From assembly GCA_002269645.1 (NCBI GenBank), contig NIVC01001993.1, positions 1-64,000 of the forward strand: a stretch of DNA of 64,000 nt, read 5' to 3'. The notes under the pieces were generated by a model. It saw only the letters and a list, made by a program, of their open reading frames with translations. It was not told the DNA's origin and made no database searches. The DNA comes from Macrostomum lignano. Its lineage: Eukaryota. This document shows positions 10,772 through 21,200 of the stretch, piece by piece (the stretch's first letter is position 1; every line of letters begins with the position of its first letter). A program made the position numbers and the translations under genes.

Positions 10772-11443
10772 ATGAGTCAATTTATGGACGTTGATGGAGA
10801 GTTAGCGATTTATAAAGAGAAGCAAAGATATTCTGATTTTGTTAGAAATTTACAAAAAAGAAAGTTAGGAATACAATTAGCTGGCGAAAGATTTGCTGCT
10901 CCTTTTGTTAATCCTATTACTGGGAAAATTAGTGAACTAGAAAAAACAGATAAAGATCTTCTGGAAAAAATTGCTAAAAATACTGAGCCAAAAGAGGATG
11001 AACTTTTAGATGAGCCGCCTGCTTATGATGTTGATCAAGCTCAATTGAGAGTTGCAGAGATTAGGGCTGCAGAACGGGGTGGAGTTGATGAATATCCGAG
11101 AGCTGCACCAACTAGTATTGCTGTGACAGATTTAGGTAATAATAATTATCGAATTGGTGGAGTTGATAAAAATCGAAATGAACTATATAGAGAATTGGGC
11201 GGAGCATATAATATTGTTATGAACCCTAGGGTAAAATTTAACCCTGAATTATATACTAGGGATGAATTAGTAAGTGCAAAAATTTTTTATGATGAGTTGG
11301 GAGTAAGAGCTGCTAAAAATACCAGCTTGTATAAAAAGATTGTTAATTCTATAAATAACAAACCAGCTGTTGGAGAAGGATTTAAAACTCCTAGAAAACT
11401 TGTTTTAGCTGCCGCGAAAGCTGCTGGACATACTGGTGTTTAA
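10772..11443 (+). CDS. Putative Polinton core protein with C-terminal VGEGF (possible protease site) and AAGHT motif
   Basis: Intact 223-aa ORF with AAAAAATG start, divergent from MCP across only 34 bp. The family assignment is from memory. Confidence 0.6.
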   Translation: MSQFMDVDGELAIYKEKQRYSDFVRNLQKRKLGIQLAGERFAAPFVNPITGKISELEKTDKDLLEKIAKNTEPKEDELLDEPPAYDVDQAQLRVAEIRAAERGGVDEYPRAAPTSIAVTDLGNNNYRIGGVDKNRNELYRELGGAYNIVMNPRVKFNPELYTRDELVSAKIFYDELGVRAAKNTSLYKKIVNSINNKPAVGEGFKTPRKLVLAAAKAAGHTGV

Positions 11444-11470
11444 TTAATTGTTAAATTTATTTTTTATAAA

Positions 11471-12040
11471 ATGGAAACTAATAAGATTTGTACTAAGTGT
11501 AAACAAGAAAAACCGATGACGAAAGAATTTTATTTTTGGAGAAATGATTCAAAAAAATTTAGAAATGATTGTCGATCTTGTCATAATACCTCATCTGCTA
11601 TTTGGATAAAAAACAATAAAGATAAATGGAATGAATATAGAAAAAATAAGTATCACACTGATGATAATTACAAACATATTGTTTTAATTAGAAATAGAAT
11701 AAATTGGGCGTTGAAAAATTTTAATGACAAGGACTATATCTCATATCTTGGTTGCACAAAAGAATTCTTTTTTGATTGGTTAAATTTCACAAGAAATTAT
11801 TATGTATCAAAAGATTATACTGGAAAGTTAGATATTGATCATTTCATCCCCGCTTCTTCATTTAGTTACAAAGACGATGATCAGATTAAAAAGTCTGAAA
11901 ATTGGAGAAATAAAAGATACTTAACTAGCGTAGATAATCGCTATAAAAAAGTTAAACAACCAACTATCGAAGAGTTTGCAAAACAATTGGTGCTATCATG
12001 TATTTTTATGGCTATTAAAAATGAACCAAATAGTGTTTGA
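11471..12040 (+). CDS. HNH-family endonuclease with N-terminal CxxC..CxxC zinc finger (NCLDV/phage homing-endonuclease type)
   Basis: KICTKCKQEK..CRSC; YLGCT.EFF..W; DIDHFIPASSF..NWRN..N..K. Confidence 0.8.
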   Translation: METNKICTKCKQEKPMTKEFYFWRNDSKKFRNDCRSCHNTSSAIWIKNNKDKWNEYRKNKYHTDDNYKHIVLIRNRINWALKNFNDKDYISYLGCTKEFFFDWLNFTRNYYVSKDYTGKLDIDHFIPASSFSYKDDDQIKKSENWRNKRYLTSVDNRYKKVKQPTIEEFAKQLVLSCIFMAIKNEPNSV

Positions 12041-13598
12041 AGGAGGATTGTTAGATGTTCAAAAAGGATTAACAAGCTTACCACCAATCTTTACTACTGG
12101 AAGGTATACTGGGGAACTACATTTACCATCAATGAACTTCACAGGTTAACCCGTGGCCTGAGTGAGGAAGGCAATGTCCTTGCTAGTCACTATTTGTGGC
12201 GACATCTCCAAATTGCGTGAAACCCGTCATACTGCTTCAAGTACCACTTCAATTGAGAAATCTTTTGAAGGAACAGAGGTAACTCCTCTTCCCAAAGGTA
12301 AAAAGCTTGAAGACACGGTGGCAATGCGCAGCCAAGCTCCTAAGTATTTTAAATATAAGGAGAAGGTTCAGAGAGCAGACGGAGATGGGCGGTAATTATC
12401 GCCGCTTAAGGTGTGCTCCAGCCTCTTTCGAAAGATTGAGGGTAAACTACCCGGCACTCGCTTAGATTTGAGATTAAATCCTGATGACACCCCAAAAGCC
12501 GATTCAATTCCCATTAACGGTATTGATTGGTTAGCATACTATCATGACTTAGCATACAGAGATGCTGATAAGAACACACCCGAGGAAGCATTAAGATTAA
12601 AACATGAAGCCGATCAAAAAATGATTCAAGGATTAGATAACTTGCAGGGATTATCGGTAGGTCAAAAATTAACTAGGTGGATGGTTAAAAAGATCTTGCA
12701 GTCTAAAGTTAAATTTGGTTTGGGAATTAATTATAATCAACATGGAAATAATTGTGTCGAATGTTTGTTATTAAGTGGTAGTGGGCTAAGTTATGATAAG
12801 GCTAAGGTTCTTCATAAAGAATACCGAAAACCTAAATTTTATAGAAAAATCATGAACTTCAAAAAGAATGAAATTTGGTATGCTGATTTAATGTCGATGC
12901 CGAACGAAAGAGGATATAAATATATCTTAACCATATTAGATGGTTTTACTCGATACGCGTGGGCTGTTCCTTTAAAATCCAAAAAGGGAGAGGAGGTTGC
13001 TGCTGCTTTTAGAAGTCTTGGAGAAAAAAGCGAAAGATTGTGTGTTGACGAAGGAAAAGAATTTTACAATCCTCATATGTATAAATTATATCATTTTGAA
13101 AAAGGACAAGAAAGGAAAAAGGACGCGAATGGGGAGTATATTAATAAAATTTATTCTATTTATGGAGAGAGTAAAAACGCATTAATAGAAAGATTTAATA
13201 GAACTTTAGGTAAGAAATTATGGTTTCAGTTTAGTCTTAATGGTAACCAAAAATGGGTAAAAATATTACCAGACGTAGTGAAAGATTATAACAATTCATA
13301 TCATTCAGCTATAAAGATGACTCCTCAACAAGCTTATAACAATCCTGAAAATGTTAGGGTTACTTTTGGAAAATTTGAAAAAAAGAAAACTAAAGATTTT
13401 AAAGTTGGTGATTCTGTTTATATCTATAAATGGAAAGATAAGTTTGAAAAAGGAAGAAAAGGATATTGGAAGATAAGTGAGAAATTTACTATCAGTAAAG
13501 TTTTAAATACCAATCCTACAACCTATATAATTGCTGATAAGGACGGTGAAGAAATATTGGGTTCTTTTTATGAGAATCAGATATTATCTGCAAACTAA
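12021..13598 (+). CDS. PLA2-domain / RVE integrase fusion; exon 1 12021-12146, exon 2 12450-13598 (424 aa spliced)
   Basis: Exon 1 (TTAAAAATG start) ends ELHLPSMNFTG and exon 2 begins PGTRLD..IDWLAYYHDLAY (parvovirus-type PLA2 GPG loop and HDxxY). The integrase part has WYADL, VDEGKEF and IERFNRTL (DDE) plus an SH3-like tail. Confidence 0.88.
12147..12449 (+). ncRNA. Group I self-splicing intron (IC1-like), 303 nt
   Basis: P AAAUUGCGUGAAA (12210-22), Q CAAUGCGCAGCCAA (12322-35), R GUUCAGAGAGCA (12366-77), S AAGGUGUGCUCC (12408-19). P1 with U.G splice pair, P3, P4, P5abc, P6, P7, P8 and P9 all pair, several with compensatory changes. Removal restores an in-frame PLA2 motif. Confidence 0.9.
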
Positions 13599-13608
13599 GT
13601 TCGATCAG

Positions 13609-13833
13609 TTACTTAAGACAACATGGTAGTAAATTTTTTATAACAAACAAAAACAATATTATTACAATAATTGTTACTAATATTATTATTGACATTTGTT
13701 CAACTGTTATCAAACTTAAATTTTCATTAAGTTCATTAATTGGAACATTTCCGATGTAGGAATAGTTTACCTTCATTTTTTTATATATATTTTTCACAAT
13801 AAATGTCGTTTCTGTTATAGAATAATAGTTCAT
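13609..13833 (-). CDS. Small membrane protein (74 aa)
   Basis: TAAAAAATG start; one strong hydrophobic helix near the C-terminus. Confidence 0.45.
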   Translation of the reverse strand: MNYYSITETTFIVKNIYKKMKVNYSYIGNVPINELNENLSLITVEQMSIIILVTIIVIILFLFVIKNLLPCCLK

Positions 13834-13849
13834 TTTTTAAATATTTTTT

Positions 13850-14164
13850 TCACATAAAAATTTCACTTTCATTCTCTGAATCACTGGTTTCATATGAACT
13901 ATTTGTTGATTCGGAATCTGTTGATCTAACCTCCCAATCATCCGAATTTAAATAATCTCCAAGTTGAAATATTAACTCACCCTCTTGTTCTAAATCATAC
14001 ATCTCATCTAGCTCTAATGGATAAAGTTTTAGGTCGTGCTTGTCGTCATATTTTAAATAAACTTCATCAATTATTCCATTCAAAATATGTTGTTTTATTA
14101 TCTCTGCATTTTTAGCAACAGTCTCAAAAGTATCACTAACAGAAAAGGTGTAAACTCGGGTCAT
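13850..14164 (-). CDS. Polinton hypothetical acidic protein (104 aa)
   Basis: TAAAAATG start; Ser/Glu-rich tail. Confidence 0.5.
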   Translation of the reverse strand: MTRVYTFSVSDTFETVAKNAEIIKQHILNGIIDEVYLKYDDKHDLKLYPLELDEMYDLEQEGELIFQLGDYLNSDDWEVRSTDSESTNSSYETSDSENESEIFM

Positions 14165-14218
14165 TTTTAGTAACAGAAAAAGACCCTTCGCGCCTGCGGC
14201 GCGGGCAAGGGGTTATAG

Positions 14219-14489
14219 AGTAGTAGTATAGAAAAAGACGCTTACAGATCAGACCTTATTTTAATGGCCGTTTGTAAGGTCTTAAGAGGGGGGACGCGAG
14301 GGGGGTGTTGGGGAGTGTTTGGAAGTGTTGGGATGTGATTTTTATTGTTAGGGGTGATTATGGGTGATTAGATGTATTAATGGTGTTTAGATGTGTTTTT
14401 TTATTTACCCCCCGTGTCCCCCCTCTAGACCCTTAAAACGGTCATTAAAAAAGTGCTCTGGGTCTAGAAGCGTCTTTTTCTATACTACT
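14219..14489. repeat. Polinton right terminal region with internal inverted repeat
   Basis: 14222-14243 (AGTAGTATAGAAAAAGACGCTT) is the exact reverse complement of 14468-14489; imperfect similarity extends to about 85 bp. Confidence 0.8.
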
Positions 14490-14493
14490 ATAT

Positions 14494-15195
14494 CCCCCCT
14501 TTGGGATTATAAGAATTGGCATCTCAGCATCCCCCCCTTTGGGATCATAAGAATTGGCATCTCAGCATCCCCCCCTTTGGGATCATAAGAATTGGCATCT
14601 CAGCATCCCCCCTTTGGGATTATAAGAATTGGCATCTCAGCATTTCCCCTTTGGGATTACAAGAATTGGCATCTCAGCATCCCCCTTTGGGATTATAAGA
14701 ATTGGCATCTCAGCATCCCCCTTTGGGATTACAAGAATTGGCATCTCAGCATCCCCCTTTGGGATTATAAGAATTGGCATCTCAGCATCCCCCCTTTGGG
14801 ATCATAAGATTTGGCATCTCAGCATTTCCCCTTTGGGATTATAAGAATTGGCATCTCAGCACCCCCCCCCTTTGGGATTATAAGATTTGGCATCTCAGCA
14901 TCCCCCCTTTGGGATTATAAGAATTGGCATCTCAGCATCCCCCTTTGGGATTATAAGATTTGGCATCTCAGCATCCCCCCTTTGGGATTACAAGAATTGG
15001 CATCTCAGAATCCCCCTTTGGGATTATAAGAATTGGCATCTCAGCACCCCCCCCCTTTGGGATTATAAGAATTGGCATCTCAGCATCCCCCCTTTGGGAT
15101 CATAAGAATTGGCATCTCAGCATCCCCCTTTGGGATCATAGGAATTGACATCTCAGCATTCCCCCTTTGGGATTATAAGAATTGGCATCTCAGCA
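14494..15195. repeat. Minisatellite, ~36-bp unit CCCCCTTTGGGATTATAAGAATTGGCATCTCAGCAT
   Basis: Tandem copies directly flank the Polinton end. Confidence 0.95.
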
Positions 15196-15381
15196 TTCTC
15201 CCTTCGAGACTTGGCGACTTCGAGAAGGGTTTTGCGTGTGTTCAGTTCCCAATATAAAGCTAAGCATAAGATAACAACTTAATGTGTCTGAATTTGCCTT
15301 ATTATCTGTATTAGTGGGTCCTAATGGTCCCACGGAAATTCAAAGTGGATTTCTAACTGATTTTTTAATCGCATTCTTCAA

Positions 15382-17988
15382 GGCCTTCCACTGGACTCGC
15401 GACGACAAGGACAAACTGCTGTGCGTCCGGCTGGCCGACCAGCGACACCAGCCCGACGCCGCCTGCGCCTGGTCTGGCGGCTTCCGCATCGACGAGGTGG
15501 CCAGCTTCCACGTTCTGCTTCGCTCCGCTGCAGCCGGCGGCGCCCACCTCGCCACTCGGGCGCCGCATTTCCTTCGCGTCGAGGTCACGGTGCACCGGTC
15601 GACCTTTCACGTGATCTTCTCCGACATTGACAACCTGCCGCTGCCCTATCGGATTGACAATCGCAGCCGGGTGCCGGTCACCTACCGGCAGACTCAGGCT
15701 GGCGCCGAGCTGCGCTCCGTTGTCCGGCCAGGCGCCTCGGCGCCCTACGCCCTGGACGAGCCGGCGCTGAAGCCGCATATCACCCTGAGCATTCCAGGCG
15801 GCTCCTGCGCCACCTACGATATGAACTGCGTGAGCGCCGGCGAGCAATTGCGCTACGAGACTCTGTACGATGTGACGCTGGTGTCAACTGTTGGCACCCT
15901 GCGGGAGCTGGTGCTGGATTGCGACTCGCCAGACCTGCGGCTGCTGCTAGGGAAGAAGGTGCGAGAAAAATGAAAGCAGAGCTGTTGCTTTTGCTCGGTA
16001 TTAGACTGGCTAAGAATTGGAACGGAAACAAATAAGATGGATACAGGCATTGACAGACACAAAGATACAGGCATGGACACACAAATATACAGGCATGGAC
16101 AGACACAAAGATACATACATGGACAGACACAAATATACAGGCATGGACAAACACAAAGATACATACATGGACAGACACAAATATACAGGCATGGACAGAC
16201 ACAAATATACATACATGGACAGACACAAATATACAGGCATTGACAGACACAAATATACAGGCATGGACAGACACAAATATACAGGCATGGACAGACACAA
16301 ATATACAGGCATGGACAGACACAAAGATACATACATGGACAGACACAAGTATACAGGCATGGACAAACACAAAGATACATACATGGACAGACACAAATAT
16401 ACAGGCATTGACAGACACAAATATACAGGCATGGACAGACACAAAGATACATACATGGACAGACACAAATATACAGGCATGGACAAACACAAAGATACAT
16501 ACATGGACAGACACAAATATACAGGCATGGACAGACACAAATATACAGGCATGGACAGACACAAAGATACATACATGGACAGACACAAATATACAGGCAT
16601 GGACAAACACAAAGATACATACATGGACAGACACAAATATACAGGCATTGACAGACACAAATATACAGGCATGGACAGACACAAATATACAGGCATGGAC
16701 AGACACAAATATACAGGCATTGACAAACACAAAGATACATACATGGACAGACACAAATATACAGGCATTGACAGACACAAATATACAGGCATGGACAGAC
16801 ACAAAGATACATACATGGACAGACACAAATATACAGGCATGGACAAACACAAAGATACATACATGGACAGACACAAATATACAGGCATGGACAGACACAA
16901 ATATACAGGCATGGACAGACACAAAGATACATACATGGACAGACACAAATATACAGGCATGGACAAACACAAAGATACATACATGGACAGACACAAATAT
17001 ACAGGCATTGACAGACACAAATATACAGGCATGGACAGACACAAATATACAGGCATGGACAGACACAAATATACAGGCATTGACAGACACAAATATACAG
17101 GCATGGACAGACACAAATATACAGGCATGGACAGACACAAATATACAGGCATGGACAGACACAAATATACGGGCATGGACAGACACAAATATACAGGCAT
17201 GGACAGACACAAATATACGGGCATGGACAGACACAAACATACAGGCAATGGACAGACACAAATATACAGGCATGAACACACAAATATATAGGCATGGACA
17301 GACACAAATATACAGGCATGGACAGACACAAAGATACATACATGGACAGACACAAATATACAGGCATGGACAGACACAAATATACAGGCATGGACAGACA
17401 CAAATATACAGGCATGGACAAACACAAATATACAGGCATGGACAGACACAAATATACGGGCATGGACAGACACAAAGATACATACATGGACAGACACAAA
17501 TATACAGGCATGGACAGACACAAATATACAGGCATGGACGGACACAAATACACGTAGACATGGACATGGAGATAGACATTCAGGCCTAGACATATCTGAT
17601 AGGCGCACAGACACATTGAGGCAGACAAAATAATCACAAGAAACACAGCGGCAGTCATCGCGTGACCAAAAGAAATCCCAAATAACCGCAGGTGGACGGC
17701 AAGCGCAGCCAGCTGTGGCGCTGGCAGCCGGTCAGCGACAACTACGGAATCTTCATCCACGAAGGCACGATGCCGCCTCGCGATCCACGGCAGCCCAAAT
17801 CCGAGCCGCTGGCCAATTGTTACGCACTTGACGTTGACTGCATTGCGTCCAGGCCGAGCAAGCCGGGCCACGACCCGCTGCGGTTGGCTAAGAGGGACGT
17901 CAAGCGGGCCTGGACACAGGAGTGGCGGGCCACCGATGTGAGTCTGTCTATCCATCTATCTATGTCTATGTGTCTATCTATCTATCTG

Positions 17989-18085
<97 letters not shown>

Positions 18086-18086
18086 T

Positions 18087-18171
<85 letters not shown>

Positions 18172-18188
18172 GTCTATCTATCTGTCTG

Positions 18189-18225
<37 letters not shown>

Positions 18226-21200
18226 ATATCTTTATATCTGTCTATGTGTCTATCTATCCTATCTCTCAGTTTACATGTAGTAATTATTTAGTCTTAGATT
18301 TAATTCTAACTTTCTCTGAATATTAATTTTGATTTTATTTACAACTAACTTGAGCGTTTTCACTCACTTGGTACTGAGTTCGGAAGATTAAAGACGTAAT
18401 TATGAATAGATATATTTCAAGGCTTGGTTTTTTCAACCTTATTGCCAGCTTTTTGTATTTGAGTTTTAAGTCTTTATTAACCATTTATTATATGCCTTGA
18501 ATAAATGAGGCAATATTAACAGATGAAATTAACTAATGTATGAATAAAATTTCTGCTACTAAAATAAAATAGTTAGGCTGCCAGTTCGAAGTATTTATAA
18601 AAATTATTAGAACAGTTAAATTGTTTTCGCTTGCTTCAAGTTTAAAAACTGTCTACTACCTTTTGCGAGGGTCTACAAGAATAAAAATGGCAGAAAAAAT
18701 AATTATAAATAAACAAGCGGCAGGCTGAGAGTGTCTTCTTAAATAACCGCGCTAAAACGAAAACAACAAACAACAAGGTCAAGCGATAAAACAATATAAG
18801 ATGGCAAAACAGAAGCAGAGTATTGCAATCGCTAGGGATGGTGTTTTGTTCTCAGAATTCGGACTTGCTTTTGCTTGATGGCTGTCAAAAGTGAATGTAA
18901 TGATATTATTAACATATCTGCGTGCGTCAATTATCATATATTATATGTACACTTTAGTAAAGTCCTTAATTGAAATTGTCCAAGTCAGTCAGTCAGTAAA
19001 TAAATTGAATTCTATGTACAAAAGAGTTCAAATCGGGCTTGACCCCTTGTTGGTTCACTTCTTCTTGGCGGCCTTCTTCTTCGGGCTGGCCTTCGGCTTC
19101 TTAGCCTTGGCGGCCTTGGGCTTGGCCGGCTTCTTCTTGGCCGCAGCCGGCTTCTTCTTGGCTCCTCCAGCCGCCGCCTTCTTGGGCTTCTTGGCGCCGG
19201 CCGACCTTCTTGGCTTGGCAGCGGCGGCGGGCGCGGCAGCTGCGGCGGCCGGGGCGGCAGCGGCAGCCGCAGGAGCAGCAGTGGCGGCGGCGGCCTTCGG
19301 GCGCTTCTTGGCCGGGGAAGCCTTCTTGGCGCCGGCCGGTTTCTTGGCAGCAGCCGACGGGCGCTTCTTCGGCGACGCCTTCCTCTTGGCGCCGGCTGCC
19401 TTTCGCGGCGAAGCGCCGCCGGCCTTGCCAGACTTCTCGCCCAGAGCGAAGGAGCCGCTAGCGCCGACGCCCTTGGTGTGCACGAATCGGCCGCTCTTGG
19501 AACCGGCTTTGAGCGCCGCTTTCACGTAGGCGTCAACTCGTTCATCGGCGCCAAATTTGTAATTGGCGCGCAGATACTTGGTGATGCTCTGCCGGCTGGA
19601 GCCTTTGCGATCTTTCAGAGCCGAGATGGCTTTCACGATCATGTCAGTGTAGGACGGATGGCTGCGCGGCTTGGCTTCCTTCTTCTTGGAGGCGCGCGGC
19701 TTCTTGGCCTTGCCGGCCGCGGCTGGAGCTGGCGCTGAAGCCTCAGTCATGTCTATAATATTTGGCTTGATATTGGGCTGGATTCAGTAGAGAGTTGAGG
19801 GTATGACTTGCCGTTTAGCTTGCGCTGGCTTGAGGGGGAGAAGCTCCGGGGCTGCCGGGGGAGGCTATTTTTAAACCTAGAAAACTGGACCGCATCAATG
19901 TGTTCGCTGTGTTTTGCCCGGGCGAGGCCGAGCAAGCTAAGAATTGACACGCCCGCCAGTAAAACTCCTGGGTGTCGCGGAAGAACGCAAAAATGGCATG
20001 CTAAAAATTAAAGGACATTTAATCTAATAGCGCCATCTTATTGTGCATATGACTGTCTATCTAGCAGTATATTTTTGTACAGATAGAACCTTTGTGTTCC
20101 GAGAAAATCAGCTTCAAAGTCTCAGACGCGACGCAAATTATAATAGGAGTATGCATTACAAAGCGTGGCATTTCTACTAGAAGCAGAGTTAATAATTCCA
20201 AAATCGCTATAATAGAAGCCTGATATGTTGGCTGTATGTTGGCATATAGATTATTTCATTGAAGCTTTTTTCGTTCTCTAGAAATGTCAATTTTATCCTT
20301 AACTTTTATGGAAAATTGCGAAAATTTTATTACACAGTGCAATCTTTGGCGTCAAGTTTGGTGGTGTTAAAATTGTTTGATTTTAATGAAATTTGGCACA
20401 ATAGCAGAGCACATCCAGCTCTATCATTGTGCCAATTTTCAAATAAATCGGTCAATCGGTTTTGGAGATACAGCCTCTGAAAGTTTCAGATTTGTTGTTA
20501 GTCCTGCTCTCCTAAACTTGGATTTCTCTCTTGGCCTGCCTGCCCTGCCCTGCCTGCCTGTGAGACTCTCAAGCCCACAAGCATTGCCACACACTGACTG
20601 CGTACGTATTGGGCAAAGCGGTATTGGGACTGACTGCCCCCTCTGACTGCCACAAGCCTTTCGCCCTGCACTTTGGCGTCCATAGATATTCCCTTCGCCC
20701 TGCTTTATTCCCTCTTCTGTGGCCCAAAGGTATTTGTTAATGGCGAGTAAATCTCCATTCATTGTTGATAGTAAATGTTGATCATTCAAGTTTTATCATA
20801 GTTCTGTCGTAGATCTTTTTAGAACATTTTGTCTTTAATTTTACGAAATCTCTTTTAATTTTCGAATTTTCTAAAAACGTTAACTTCTCTTTTTTAATTT
20901 ACTTCGAAGAATTGCTGAAACTTGTTTAGGGGAAAAATTTTGCTAGAACTTCACCGCTTATTGAAAATCTGATCCGCCCACACAGAGAACCACTCCCTCA
21001 CCGCCTATTGAGAATCTCATCTGCCCACACAAAGAACCACTGCCCCCTCAAGAATCGCCTTCATCCGCCCCTTAAGAATTGCCCTTATCCGCCCCCTCAG
21101 GAATCACACTAACCCGCCCCCTCAAGAATCGCCTTCATCCGCCCCTCAAGAATCGCCTTCATCCGCCCCCTCAAGAATCGCCTTCATCCGCCCCCTCAAG

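Larger units (their letters stand above)
1..14489. mobile_element. Polinton/Maverick (adintovirus-like) endogenous virus, right ~14.5 kb; left end is outside the window
   Basis: AT-rich, gene-dense block with pPolB, RVE integrase, A32-like ATPase, adenain protease, major and minor capsid genes. It ends in ...TATACTACT (14481-14489), the complement of the AGTAGT terminus typical of Polintons, and is followed by a host minisatellite. Confidence 0.95.

Noticed and set aside
12162-12449. 77-aa ORF 12162-12395 and the MCSSLFRKIEGKL N-terminus of ORF 12411
   Set aside because: Both lie inside the group I intron core and start at GTG; not genuine coding sequence.
15780-17614. Several 400-700-aa ORFs on both strands
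   Set aside because: Translations of a stop-free 24-bp intronic minisatellite.
19210-19738. Alternative-frame and antisense ORFs over H1 (and similar ones over other GC-rich exons)
   Set aside because: Shadow ORFs caused by high GC codon bias.
19990-20960. AT-rich stretches resembling DNA-transposon remnants (also ~28660-28850)
   Set aside because: No ends, TSDs or ORFs to support a call without a repeat library.
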